NCBI GenBank assembly: GCA_051294375.1
Contig: CM119264.1
Coordinates: 19,289,590-19,353,589, forward strand
Source: Paraspadella gotoi
Lineage: Eukaryota; Animalia; Chaetognatha
Direction: 5' to 3'
DNA length: 64,000 nt
Part shown: piece after piece, positions 40,563 through 53,156 of the stretch
Position numbering within the stretch: position 1 is the first letter of the stretch
How the letters are laid out: every line of letters starts with the position of its first letter
Notes under the pieces: model-generated
What the model was told of the DNA's origin: nothing
Seen by the model: the letters and a program-made list of their open reading frames with translations, nothing else
The model's database searches: none
Position numbers and translations under genes: made by a program

Positions 40563-41157
40563 CAGTAGGATGGAGTGATGAAAAGATTGAGCGATGGACC
40601 AAATTCTTTTGCTGTCTTTGAATATGTAATCAAAAATAATTAAGCCCTTTTTAAAAAAAAATTTGCATAACAGTATCATTAATTGAATTTTCTTTATAGT
40701 AATATCCTTATAAAATCATAAAATTTCAAAATCATATTTTCTTAATTTTAAAAACAGTTTTGGATTCGCTGGAAAAAACTGAAAAACTTTTGTAAAATAT
40801 GTTACATGATATTTTTAGGTTAAAGCTGCGAAAAATGATTAAAATGTTTCATCATATAATAGTTTCTACTACAAAGTATAAAAAAGTAGAGAATTTGACC
40901 TTTTTTTTCGATTTTTGACGCTGAAGATTTTTAATAACATATTTTATATTTTTAATCTAACTTTTTGTGAAGAATCAGAATCTTTAATAAAAATTTAAAA
41001 AAAATTATTTTGAAAATTTATGATTTTATAAGAATATTACTAAAATATATTGTAATTAATGATACTGTTCCCCAAACAATATAAGCAAAATATTTTTGTA
41101 CTCCTTAAGCAATAAGCATACTATCTCACGTCTAAATATCCTTGCTCCACTCTACTA
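40563..41157. mobile_element. MITE family A, best-preserved copy with TA target duplication
   Basis: TA|cagtaggatggagtga...tgctccactctacta|TA. Internal inverted repeat at about 40698-40732 versus 41008-41041. Confidence 0.72.
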
Positions 41158-42131
41158 TACAGTATACAGTATATATTTGAATTTTGTTAATCATTTTAGT
41201 AATTTACTTTACCCCTGAAATTGTACAATTTTTTTCCTTTTTTTTCCCTTTTTTTCCGGCTATATAACTTTTCCTTTTAACTAGGAGGATTTGTCTCTTA
41301 CTTTCTCTACTATGAGCATTTTTCCTTTACTTTCTATAGAAATTTGCTCTTCTGTCTGCACTCTGCACCCACTAGATTTTCACTTGCATCGCTTTATACA
41401 AAATAGCAAATTTTTGCCAGTTTTAGTGTTAATAAACCAGATGGCTTTACAAACAAAAGAGCATTTTGAAAAACAAAATAGCAATCATTATAGTTTTATA
41501 ATCATTATACATACATACATATATACATTCACCAAAAAAACAAAAGAACAGTTCCATTAAATTTTATTTGTATTTTTACCCTATTCTACTCGAGGGCTCT
41601 AAAAAGAAGGAAGCTTTATGTAAAACAAAGGAAAAAACTTAATCCGCACCCACTAGATCTTTACTTGCACCTGCTTTTCAACAAAATAGCAATTGTTTTT
41701 TTAAATGTTTATTATCTTAAATTTTTTTTGTTATTCTATTTTATTTTATTCTATTTCTTATTCTATGTCTTGATTTATATCAAAAATAATATTTCTTTGA
41801 TTTATAAAATATTTTTGCAAGTACAAAATTATTATTAGTGCCGAAGTAACAGTTCAGTTTAAGCCCTTTTTTTTTTGGCGCAGCCACTGGTTATTTGTTT
41901 CGGTTGCGCGCGACTTTTTTTTCTTGATTTTTCAATTTCAAGAGAGGAAAAAATCCGGCCGGGCCGGGATTAACACGAAAACGCGTGGGTGATTTTTTTT
42001 TTGAAAATTAATAAATAAAACTTATGCAGTTTTTTTTTAGTATAATAAAAAATAATTCCCTATTGTAAGAATCTTAGTTCACAATTAAAATTTTCGACGA
42101 TGTTTATTTCATCTTTCTTTCTTTCTTAATT

Positions 42132-42224
<93 letters not shown>

Positions 42225-43034
42225 TTGAAACGAAAAAATCAATACGTTAAGAACTTGAGGCGAAAATTATGAGCGACAGTCGCATTTGGGAAATGATTGA
42301 AAGTCGTCAATCACGATGATTGACGTTTGTAGGTTCACAATTTTCGTGCCTCCGTTTCGCTTCTTCGCTCTTTTCCTTTCGCTTCATTTTTCTTTCAATT
42401 CCTTCTCTTCCTCAAGTTTTTAAATTTTAAAATTTTATTTTCCTATGCGAGAAAGCAACAGCCTCCACCACCGCTCTCCCTTTAATAGTTTAAATCATTT
42501 GAGTTTACAATTTTGTAACTGGAAAATAGAAAACTTTCAAGTAACTGACATTTTAAAATTAATCACCAAATTGAGTTTCGGCAAGAGTAAAACTACTTCG
42601 GTTCATGTCCTTTTAATTCTCACACTACTCTTTTTTTGGAAATTTCACTAAGTTGTATAATGAGAAAAGTTAAACGATTTTATATGTATTAAACTGATTA
42701 AAAAATTTTCAATACAACGATTGAAGAGAAAGCACAACTTTTTTTGGTCTATGCCTTACTATTTCAGAAACAGCATTGCTCCAATATGGAGTTTTATCAA
42801 ACTTTAAAAAAGCTTGGGAAACGAGGATTTATGGTGGAAGCGGTTCATGTTTATCACATCAAAACAAAAAAGAAATCATTCTCAATCAAAATCTCGCGTT
42901 TCTGACGAGAAACAATAAAAAAGAAAAAGAAATTAAAGAAAGCAAGAAAGAAAAAGAAAGCAAGAAAGAAAGAAGGCAAAAAAAAAAAAGAAAGAAAGAA
43001 AGAAAGAAAGAAAAAAAAATAAAAAAATAAGAAA

Positions 43035-43503
43035 GAAAGCTTGCAGGGACCTGCTATGTTCATTATCTTGTAAGAGTGATGGAGGCCTTAAACCACCAAA
43101 GCCTGTCCAAAGTCAGGGGCAAGATAGCTTATTTATTAAATGAATGGATAATTTTTATATTGGTGTTACCAATTCATTAAATTCAGCTCCTTGTATTTTG
43201 ATGCTAGTGCGGAGTACAATAAGTATTCCCCGATCTAATACTTAAGGGAGTGGTCTTTTCATACAATTGAAACATTCTTGAAATATTTTCCACTTCATTG
43301 ATAGGGAAGCCAGGTACTCTGGGAGTGAATAAACGAGACTGTGAGAGAGTCTTGATTGAAAGCTTGCAGGGACCTGCTATGTCATTATCTTGTAAGAGTG
43401 ATGGAGGCCTTAAACCACCAAAGCCTGTCCAAAGTCAGGGGCAAGATAGCTTATTTATTAAATGAATGGATAATTTTTATATTGGTTGTACCAATTTCAT
43501 AAG
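43035..43503. repeat. Family B element with a near-identical ~130-bp direct repeat
   Basis: gaaagcttgcagggacctgctatg...ggataatttttatattgg at 43035 and 43358 (period 323). Confidence 0.85.
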
Positions 43504-45513
43504 AAAAAAATAAAAAAATTATGAGGATATATGTATTTTACTAACGATCTTAAAACCAGATCCACTTAATTCCTGAATAACCAACAGAAAAGACAACCAA
43601 AAATCCCTATTTGTTTTTCTGTGGCGCCAAAACCGATTGAAATCTGGATTCGATCGTCAACCGCGTCCACCATAAGAATCCTGACCTTTGACTCGGCGAC
43701 CAGACGAGTCGTAATTTCGAGTTAACCTCGAGATCGGCTATTTCGTTTCCCGAATCGAGCGCATCGACCTCATGGAAAACTTTCTCCTCTTCTCCTCAGC
43801 TTGAGAAAACGATCAACCATTTTCGCTCTAATTATCGCTTTTTAAAAGCCAAGAAGGCGTCCCGACGTCCCATCTACATCTCCAACTATGCTTTAGCGCC
43901 AAGCTCCTCCGTTCCTACGGTTATTGCCCAACACCCCCTCCATTGTCCAATGGCACTCCTCGGTTCGGCACAAAAGAATATATCACCGGGGCCGCCAACT
44001 TATCTGCTCCCAGCCCAATCCACCCTTTGCCCTTTCCTCGCTTTTCCCCTAACGTCGTTTGCGGAATCTCAAAAACCATAGATCATTTTTTTCTCGCCTT
44101 CCTTCGTTCAACCCTCTTCCATCTTCGAACCCCTTTTTTTCCAAAAACCAGACAATGCGGAATTGACCGCCGTTCCCTCCTTTTCTTTTTTCCTTACTTT
44201 CCTTCTTCCTTTCTTTCCTTCTCTCGCGCCGAAGGAAGAAAAAAAAAGAAATAATGAGGGTCGCGGTTGTCAAAGGTCAGACGCGAGTCTCTGCTCCCCC
44301 TTTTCCCGTCGATTCTTTTCGCGCCACCGGAAGCAGACTTGCGCGTACAACACCGCGAATATTTCGAGATTCGTCCATTCATTTTGTATCTTTTATTTTC
44401 AGCCTTTGTTTGTTCGTTGACAATCTAGGTTTTTCTCAAAAAAAAAACAACTCACTATGCTCTTTAAGTCTTTATACCTTTTACATTGCTTTACTTTCAT
44501 CTGTAAAAACTTTTCTACTATAGCATTGATCGATTAAACTCATCTCACTAACCCCATCAATTTTGCAAGTAAAGTTTTCTTCTTTGCACATGGTGGCATA
44601 TAAACGATTGCACTAAAACGTTCATCGGAACATTTCCCTCTTAAATTTTTTATTCCAATTTATCCAGTCTTAAAAAAAAAAAAAAAAAAACCACCGCGAC
44701 TCTTGGCGCTCCCACAACCGCGGTTCGGACGAGCGCCTCCACCCCGCGGTTCGCTCTCCATCAATGACCCTGTGACCTCAGGAAAAAATTCCATTCATCT
44801 GCGTCCTCGTTTGAGTCGTTGTTTTCGTCATCGTCCCGATTGTTGTCATCTTTCTTCCGATTGTCATTGCAGGTTGTCGTGTTGTGAGTTTGAAAAGTGA
44901 AAGCTCGTCGAGGATCGATTAATCATAGAAATAAGAGAGACGATATTGCAGTCTAATTAACGAGATTGATGAAATGATTTGAGAGACATTTCGTTCAGCT
45001 TCGCATTATCTTTAATGGTAAATTACTGAATAATAAAAGCCAGGCGTCAACCGCGAAGTAAACGATGCTGGCTCGTCACGCGTCTTAGACTTCGGTCCTT
45101 CCTTGTTTGTCACGGTTCGTACTGTGCAGAGATTTTTCATGTTTCTCTCTCTCCATAATAATTTGTCTCGGCTCGTACTCCACAGTTGTTTGTCATGGAC
45201 TTTTTTCTCCACTGTGATTTGTTGTGCTCGTTGTCGTCGTCGATTTTTCCTTCCTCCATCTTGTTTTCATCCTAAGATGCTTCGTAGCTTTCGACATCGC
45301 GGCAAAAAAAAATCGGAAGGGGGCGGAACCATCAACTATTCAGCGTCTATGAACGTCGACGACATAAAAATACGACAGATACGAAATTAATGATGAAGAA
45401 TGAGATTCGGCGGACAATATCAATTCGGTCTCTCGGTTGCAGTTGGAAATCCACTTTGTTTCTATCCTCTCCGCGGATCTCTTTGTGTTTTAGCGAGGGA
45501 AACCCTCCCCCCC

Positions 45514-45573
<60 letters not shown>

Positions 45574-46000
45574 TCTCTCTCTCTTCTCTCTCCTAATAAT
45601 TATTTTTTTATGCCGACATGATTTAACTGTTTGAATTGCATAACGAAAGCGGCGAATTTTTAACTTTTACTAGAACTTTGTATGATGATTTTCTGTATTT
45701 TTTAAAGCTTTAACTCCTTAATCCAGAATTTTTGATGTCAGATCATCCCAACTTCTTTCTTCCTTTAATTAATCATTTAATACGATCGACTCTTAATTTC
45801 CGATCTTTATTCACTCACCCCAGTCGCTCTTTTCGATCCTCAGCTCGGAAGGACGAGGGGCTAACCATAGCTCGGCCGCGATGGCCCCGAAGAGAGGGAC
45901 AACGATCGGCAATTATCATGAACTTCTCCTCCTGTTTATGTCCTCAATAAATCTAACACTCTTCTCGCCATCTGCAGGACGAAAAGAGGGGGAGGACAGA

Positions 46001-46114
<114 letters not shown>

Positions 46115-48127
46115 CACAAGTCTCCTTATTCACTTTGAAGGAATTCCAACGCTGGATTCACGCCTTTTGTGAAAAGGGATAGGCTTTGAAGATCCTCTCT
46201 TCCAGCTGAAAATGGGGGAAGGATTTTTTGCCCATTCCTTTGCGTGATTCGTTTGGGGTTTAGATGGAATTCTGATTGTGATTCCGCATTGTGAGTCGTG
46301 GGCGTGGCACTAAGTTTTAACGATTTCAGTTAAATTGAGAAAGAATCTCTAATTAATTTTTGGCTACGATTTTATGAACGAATATTTTCATTAAAAAATA
46401 CATTACTCCACCGTCAAAGAATTGCATGACTGCATGACTGCATCGTTGATTTCTGGAAGAAAATCGTTATCGAATTTAATCCAACGTCATAGAAAAAATT
46501 TTTAAGCTTTTCCCAATGTTTATTTAAAGTTAACACTGCCATATTTATGATTTACACTGAAAACCAACGACCTATTTCATATAGATATGAATGAAAAAAA
46601 TTCAAATAATTTAATTTAATCTGTATTTGAAATAAACCAAAATGCTATGAAACTCGGGAGAAGGCATTATAAGTCAAAGACAAAACTTTTATTAAAACAT
46701 AATAAAATAAAATAATTCAAAAATAAGCTGTTATTGAGAGCCTCGGAAAAAAGAGAGAAAAACGTTTTTAAAAATTATTTTAAAAAAAGGAAAAAAATAA
46801 GGAAAACGGAAGAAAAGAAGAGACAAGAAAAATGAGAGGAAAAAGAGGAAAAGAATGGGATGATGCCAGTGGTAAAAAAGAAAAGGCTAAAATGTATAAG
46901 ATGAAGTAGGAAAAAACCAAGAGACAAAGAAAAGAAGGATCAGAAGGAAAACACCAAGTAGGAGAGAAATAAAAGGGGAAAAAAAAGGAGAAAAAAAGAA
47001 GGAAAAAGGAAAGATAAAAGCGTTTTGGACAGAAACTGCGGTCGTGGAAACATCAACTATAAAAAAGCATCAATAAATAAATGGAGTCGCATTCGGAAAC
47101 CAAATGGAATCACGCTGCCCCCGCAGCCTTCGCGGCCTCTGCAGTTTTCGACGCCAGAATGGACGATCGTAAAACAAAGACGATGAAAACAACAACAACA
47201 ACAACAACAACTGTCCAGCTGAAGAAACATTGACGAGAACAAAGGGCGTCCGTCATCGACAACAAAAGAGGAGATGCGTTAAAACTAGAAAATTGCACCG
47301 AAATACGTTCGAATAACTAATTATATCGTAAATCATAGTTGTTGCTGATCACGTACTATCTAAAACTAGAATTAGTTGAATAAAATAATAAATTTTAAAA
47401 TTCAAAAACACGATGAAAAATATTTGAAATCGATATTAAGTAACGCGGAACGTTGCATTTGCTGGATTTTCCAAAAAGAGTTTTGATCTTAATATATATC
47501 CACTTAATTTAATGATTATTAATAAATTGAAAAGGGATTCATAAAAATGAGGAAAGACTGAGAAAGACGGAATGGCGAATTTTAAACTCTTTTTACGAAA
47601 ATCGAAGATAAGTTTAGATTTGTGACGAGCTACTACCTAGATTCACATCCGAAATTTTCTTCAAAGTAAAACAGCTAAGAATTAGTAACTACGTATACAG
47701 AATTACAGATGAATCCTTTACTGTAACGAAAATCGTCGGAATAACTAGAATTTAAACACATAATACTAATACATAAAAATGTAATGAAATTTAAGGCTAA
47801 AGTGAATAATAAGTTTCTAAAAGCACAAACAAATTTTAAAAATTAGCAAACAGGAAAAACAAAGGTTAGAAGAAAATGGGAACAAATTGAAAGAAAAACG
47901 TTTTAAAAGCGGATGTGAAGGCAGGGGGCAGGGGGGGGGGGAATGGGAGAGAAAGAGCGAAAACCGAGAATCGAAAAATTCAAAGGGGAAATAAATGTGA
48001 TTATTTTTCGTCGACGAAAACAAACCGACGAAAAAAAAATTTAGGCTGATGAGAAAAAAAGCGATAAAAACAAAAGACAAATTAGGGGAGGGGGAGAAAA
48101 AAAGGATAAAAAACACTCGGTCTCTCT

Positions 48128-48161
<34 letters not shown>

Positions 48162-48344
48162 CTCCTCTTCTCCTCTCTCCTCTCTCTCTCTCTCTTCTTT
48201 CCTTCTTCCTATTTTTTTGGCTTTCATGGCGGCTCTCCTTCTCGCTTTCTGGCTTTCCGGTTCCTGTTTGTGTTGATCCGGTTCCATAGATTCTTCTCTT
48301 GTTCTCCTGCCTGCCTCTCCCCATCGCCGCCCTCTATCTATATA

Positions 48345-48403
<59 letters not shown>

Positions 48404-48507
48404 CTCTCCTCTCATTCTCTCCATCCTCCCACCCCCCGCAACTTCCATAAAAACCTTGGGCGAATCAAGAGCAAAGCGCCGTTTGCAATTCAATCAGGTT
48501 TTCCTCA

Positions 48508-48648
48508 ATGGCCTACAAACGGCGGACCGCCGACATCGCCTTCCCTCTTCTTTCCAAGATGGATGTCCCGCCACCGACGCCTCCTCCCCCGCCGCCGCCT
48601 CTTTTTCTTCTCACCGCCGCCGATTTCGTCGTTGACAGAGCCGCCGCC

Positions 48649-48681
<33 letters not shown>

Positions 48682-48969
48682 GCCGCCGCCGCCGCCGCGC
48701 ATCCGCCCCCGCTCAAAGCGTCACCGTTGAAGCCTCCGCAGAAATTTAATTCCCTCTCGATTTTTATTTCCCATTTCTATTTTCTTTGTCTCGTCAATTT
48801 TATTATCTTCCTCGAGACGACCGGCTTGGATTTAACCGTCGATTACAGAGACGAGGCCGTCGTCGTCGTTGTCGTCATTGTTTTTGTCGTTAACGTCAAA
48901 GTCTCTCTCGTCGTTGTCTTCGTCGTCATCCTCCTCTTCGTCATTCTTTTTTATTTTCGTCTTCAATGA
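48508..48969 (+). other. GC-rich (GCC)n island with a poly-Pro/Ala ORF; coding status uncertain
   Basis: 153-aa ORF driven largely by GCC and GTC repeats; no recognisable domain. Confidence 0.25.
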
Positions 48970-49820
48970 TAGAACACAGAAATTCTTATGTAAATTATGT
49001 ATGTTTAGCCCTTCGGCGCCTTTGATAATATGCGAAATAGAATGAATAGTATTACATTCCTAGATCCAATTGAAAACTTCGGAGAAATAAATTTTGTAAT
49101 TTTTTATCGCTTGAGATTCAAATTTCAAGATAAACTGTCATAAATTGCTAAATAATGTAAGAATTGAGCTAAATTTGAAAAAAATAACCTCAGTACATGT
49201 TTTTATATAAAATTAAACTGACGATTTAACGTAAAAAGAACATAAATACCGTCAACAAACAAGTTACGTTTCGACCACGACGAAGGAAAATCAAACACAA
49301 TGGTTGACAACCAAAATATAAGTTACAGAAAAACGTAACAGAAAAAAATTGCAGTGCGATTGTGATTTATGAACAACAGGAGCGAGAATTCATGAAAAAT
49401 TCTCGGCACGACTTGAGACGAAGAGAAACGGAGAAAAAGAAAGAGAGAGGGAAAAAAAAGAAATTATCGGATTCCCTAAATTTTTCCTTCTTTTTTATCA
49501 CAACTGAGATTTCGATAAAGAAAAGAAGAAAATAAAAAAGTTGAAAAACCAGCAGAGGATCGATTTTTTTCTACTCCCACCCAAATCGCTTCAACTCAAC
49601 GCCGAATATCATTCGCTACGTACAAAAGCACTCTTAGTGCTAAAGCTTCCTTTTAAGGAAGAGAAGGGAAAGAGAGAGTGGGAGACAAATCAATAACCGC
49701 GAATCTCGCGAACGAGTTTTCGTTTGTCAGCCTGTAGCTGTCACAAAAACAAATCTACGCCGCAATTTATTTTTCTTTTCTTTCACTCCCCTTCCCTATC
49801 TCTCTCTCTCTCTCTGTCCT

Positions 49821-49853
<33 letters not shown>

Positions 49854-49862
49854 TCTCTCTCT

Positions 49863-49904
<42 letters not shown>

Positions 49905-51415
49905 ACACGTGAACCCGATTCTCTTTCAGTTTTTCTACGACGTCGTAGAGTGGAAAGTAATTCACTGGATTGACAGAGTTTATCGCTTTTGTTTTCCTCT
50001 AAAATGGTTGTTTCTTTCTTATTGGAGTTTCCTTTTGGTCTAAAAACAAGACAACTTTTTGATTCAAACACCTGCATAATTTTTAGGACTTTGAGTCGTT
50101 GTGTCAACAACAAAAAACATTCATGATTTAAAACTTAAAAAGTAGCCGTGTAATACAGAAAAAACTTTTTTCTTCAAAATATTAGATATTCTCTTCTGCC
50201 CTCATATTAATGGTATAAAATAGTTTTGGATAATGTAAATAAAAGTATTTTTCTATACTGTGCTATAACTTATAAGTGTAACAGTATAAAGTTGCTTTTT
50301 GAGCATCTTACTTTTTTTCATTTAGCACCATCTCGCCCAAACGACCATCTCACACCATCCAAACCATTCGCTCACACGATACCCCGTCACACTCGATTCG
50401 TCACGTGATTCGTCCTCGCGGCTCACGTGATCTTGTGACGAATGTGGACTCGAAGATTTAACTTGATTTCGCCTTCCAGGATTTTTCGCCCTTCTTTCTA
50501 GTATTTCTTCCCGACCATTTTTCTCTTTTCTTTTTATTCCTCTTCCTTCTCTCGGTATTATATGGTTTTTTTCTTTTTCTCTTTTTCTTGTTTTATAGTT
50601 TTTCTCTCGTTTGGAGCGAATTTTGGTGATGGGGTTGGAGATAAGAGAAGAGTGGGAAGTGAAAAAGAATTAGAGGATTGATGGGGAAAGAGAGGGATCA
50701 AGTTAAAAGGACAGGTTTTTGGGAAATAAGGTGGTTGAGAAAGAGCACTCCAGTCTGGAGTCCAGATGGGGTAAAAAGTACATAAATGAGAGGGAGCTTA
50801 GGGTTATTTGGATTTGGCTTGAGAAAGGAGACAGGAAAATAGGAGGCGGAAACCAAGTTCTGGAAAAACGGTGATGAAATACGGGAGACCAAAGATAGGG
50901 AAGAAAAGCAGAAGGGGTAACTGAGGGGCAGCGCTTATTCCTTTTACGATTCCCTTCAAGCAAACGAGGAACCCAGCGCGCTTCGGCTTTTTAAGTAGGC
51001 GTGAATTGATGCCTACTTTTTTGAACTTCGGTATTTTGTGGGAAGAGAGAGTTTTTCTCCTCTCTCTCTCTCTCTCCTCTCTCGACTCTCTCTTCTCTCT
51101 TCTCTCTCTCTCTCTGTCCTCTCGTCTCGTCTCTCTCTCTCTCTCTCTGGTGCACGTTCGACCAGCAAGCGCACACGCGCGACTCCAATTACGACGAGTC
51201 TAGAAACGAAGAACTTTCCCTTATCTCACCCCTTTCACCCCGAACCCACCAATGCACACAACTTGTACGCGAAAGCGGACAAGAACGTGCGAATGGTGTT
51301 CAGTTAAACTTTAACTTTGATTGTATTTATTTTTAAATTGTTGGTGGAAAAATTAGGGGGAAAAATAAACTAAGAAAGACGATAGTAGCCAGGCTATGGA
51401 TACTTAAGCGTAGTA

Positions 51416-51983
51416 AAATTTCTAAATCTAACTTTAATTAAAATTCTATTCGAACAACATTATACTAATGAACATTTATGTAATAAAAAAATTTATAATA
51501 ATTTTACAATTTACGCAGTAAGCCATATTTATACTAGTACTAAACCATAAATGTTAAAATTTCAAAACACGTTTTTTTAAGATTTTTTTGCAGATTTGGA
51601 TTCGTCATTATAAGTTGATAAAAAGAAATATAACTCTTTTTAAAAAATTCCTTCATTAAGTGGGTCAAAAATTAGAAAAAGCTATATTTTAAGTTGAAAA
51701 ATTAATTTTTTATATATTAAATATAGTTTTTTAATTTTTAACCCACTTAATGAAAGAATTTTTAAAAATGATTTATATTTTCTTTTATCAACTTTTGACG
51801 AGGAATTCAAATCTGCAATCAAAATTAAAAGAAAAGCCTATTTTGAAATTTTCGATTTTATAAGGATAGTACTATGTATAAATATAGTTCTACTGCGAAA
51901 ATAAAAAAAAAAATAAAATTAATTTTTTTACAAATTAATGTTCACTGATGGTATGTTGTTCAATAATGACTTTTAGAATTTTT
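51416..51983. mobile_element. Fold-back (long inverted repeat) element related to MITE family A
   Basis: Arms mirror each other: ttcattaagtgggt / acccacttaatgaa; aagttgataaaa / ttttatcaactt; tgcagatttg / caaatctgca. Centre near 51700. Confidence 0.8.
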
Positions 51984-52030
51984 GTATGTAACTTTCACTA
52001 TGCCTTAATGGATTATGGAGGTTTGGGGCA

Positions 52031-52270
52031 GAGCAATCCAGCGCACGTCTACGCAGCCAATCTCCCCCTCGTCCCTCCCTCTACCCCTCGCCAACCTTCT
52101 CCAGTAACCTCAATCCGTAAACCTCCTTCGGCGCGTCTGCTGCACGCATAGCAAACTACGGGTGAGGCGCGGGCGTGTCGGCATCGTCACGTCCCGACCT
52201 CCGAGAACGATCGACCCCGGGAGCGCCTCGAGCCAGTCGCGTACCCCCCCCTGCCGCCTCCTGCTGTTTC
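52031..52270 (+). pseudogene. Possible third, more decayed paralogue of 15092-15766
   Basis: Collinear blocks agcaatcc, tctacgc, cccctcgccaac and ctccYtcggcgcg; peptides PLAN, PSARLL and RLLLF; stops and frameshifts present. Confidence 0.35.
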
Positions 52271-53006
52271 CGATTCTTCCCCCCTTACAACTACGCAACC
52301 CCGCGCCCCTTTCAAAACAAGTTATCACTCACGCGCGGCCCATAGAACCAACGTAAACACAATGGGAGGCAAATCACCTCATGAGCTTCCCTCTGTTTCG
52401 CTCCTTAAATCATCTCCGATGCCTCGGGGGTTGGATGCCAAAGTCGTTTACGCCCAAGGATTCTTTTTTTTTTTCTTTTCTTTTTTTTTCAAGGGCCGAT
52501 GAAAGGTTTTTAGCCCTGGCTATCCGCGAAAACGATTATAGCCCGGTCGATCCATTCGGACTATCTCTTTGCATGCAGTCTGTCATATTAAAGTCAGTTT
52601 CCCGAAAATATACTAGGAATATTATTGTACCCTATTTGAGTGCGCTATTCGTGGAGAGCAAAGGTTGTTTCTGCCCAAATTAAGGTAATGAGCAGTAATC
52701 AGTCGATCCTATATAAATTTTGTTTAACAGAAGGTTACGATTTAATTAGATTTGAAATATACATTTCAAATGAGAGCTGAAAAAAAAATCGAATATAATC
52801 ATTGAAGCTGATTTTTTAAGATTTATGCTACAAAATTTGAATTTAAGCTAATTTAAATCGCATTACACATCTTTTCCAAAATGTTGTACGGAGCGAGGCT
52901 CACGCAACGCTTTCCGCTACATGTAAATTCAGACGCGAACTTTATTCATTCAAGCAGAAATTGCATTGACCCCATTTTTAAGGATATCGCCCCATTTTGC
53001 CGAGAC

Positions 53007-53044
<38 letters not shown>

Positions 53045-53122
53045 AGAGAGGAGAGAGGAGAGAAGAGAGAGGAGAGGGAGAGAGAGAGAAAGAGAAAAAG
53101 AGAGAAAGGAAAAAAGAGAGAG

Positions 53123-53156
<34 letters not shown>

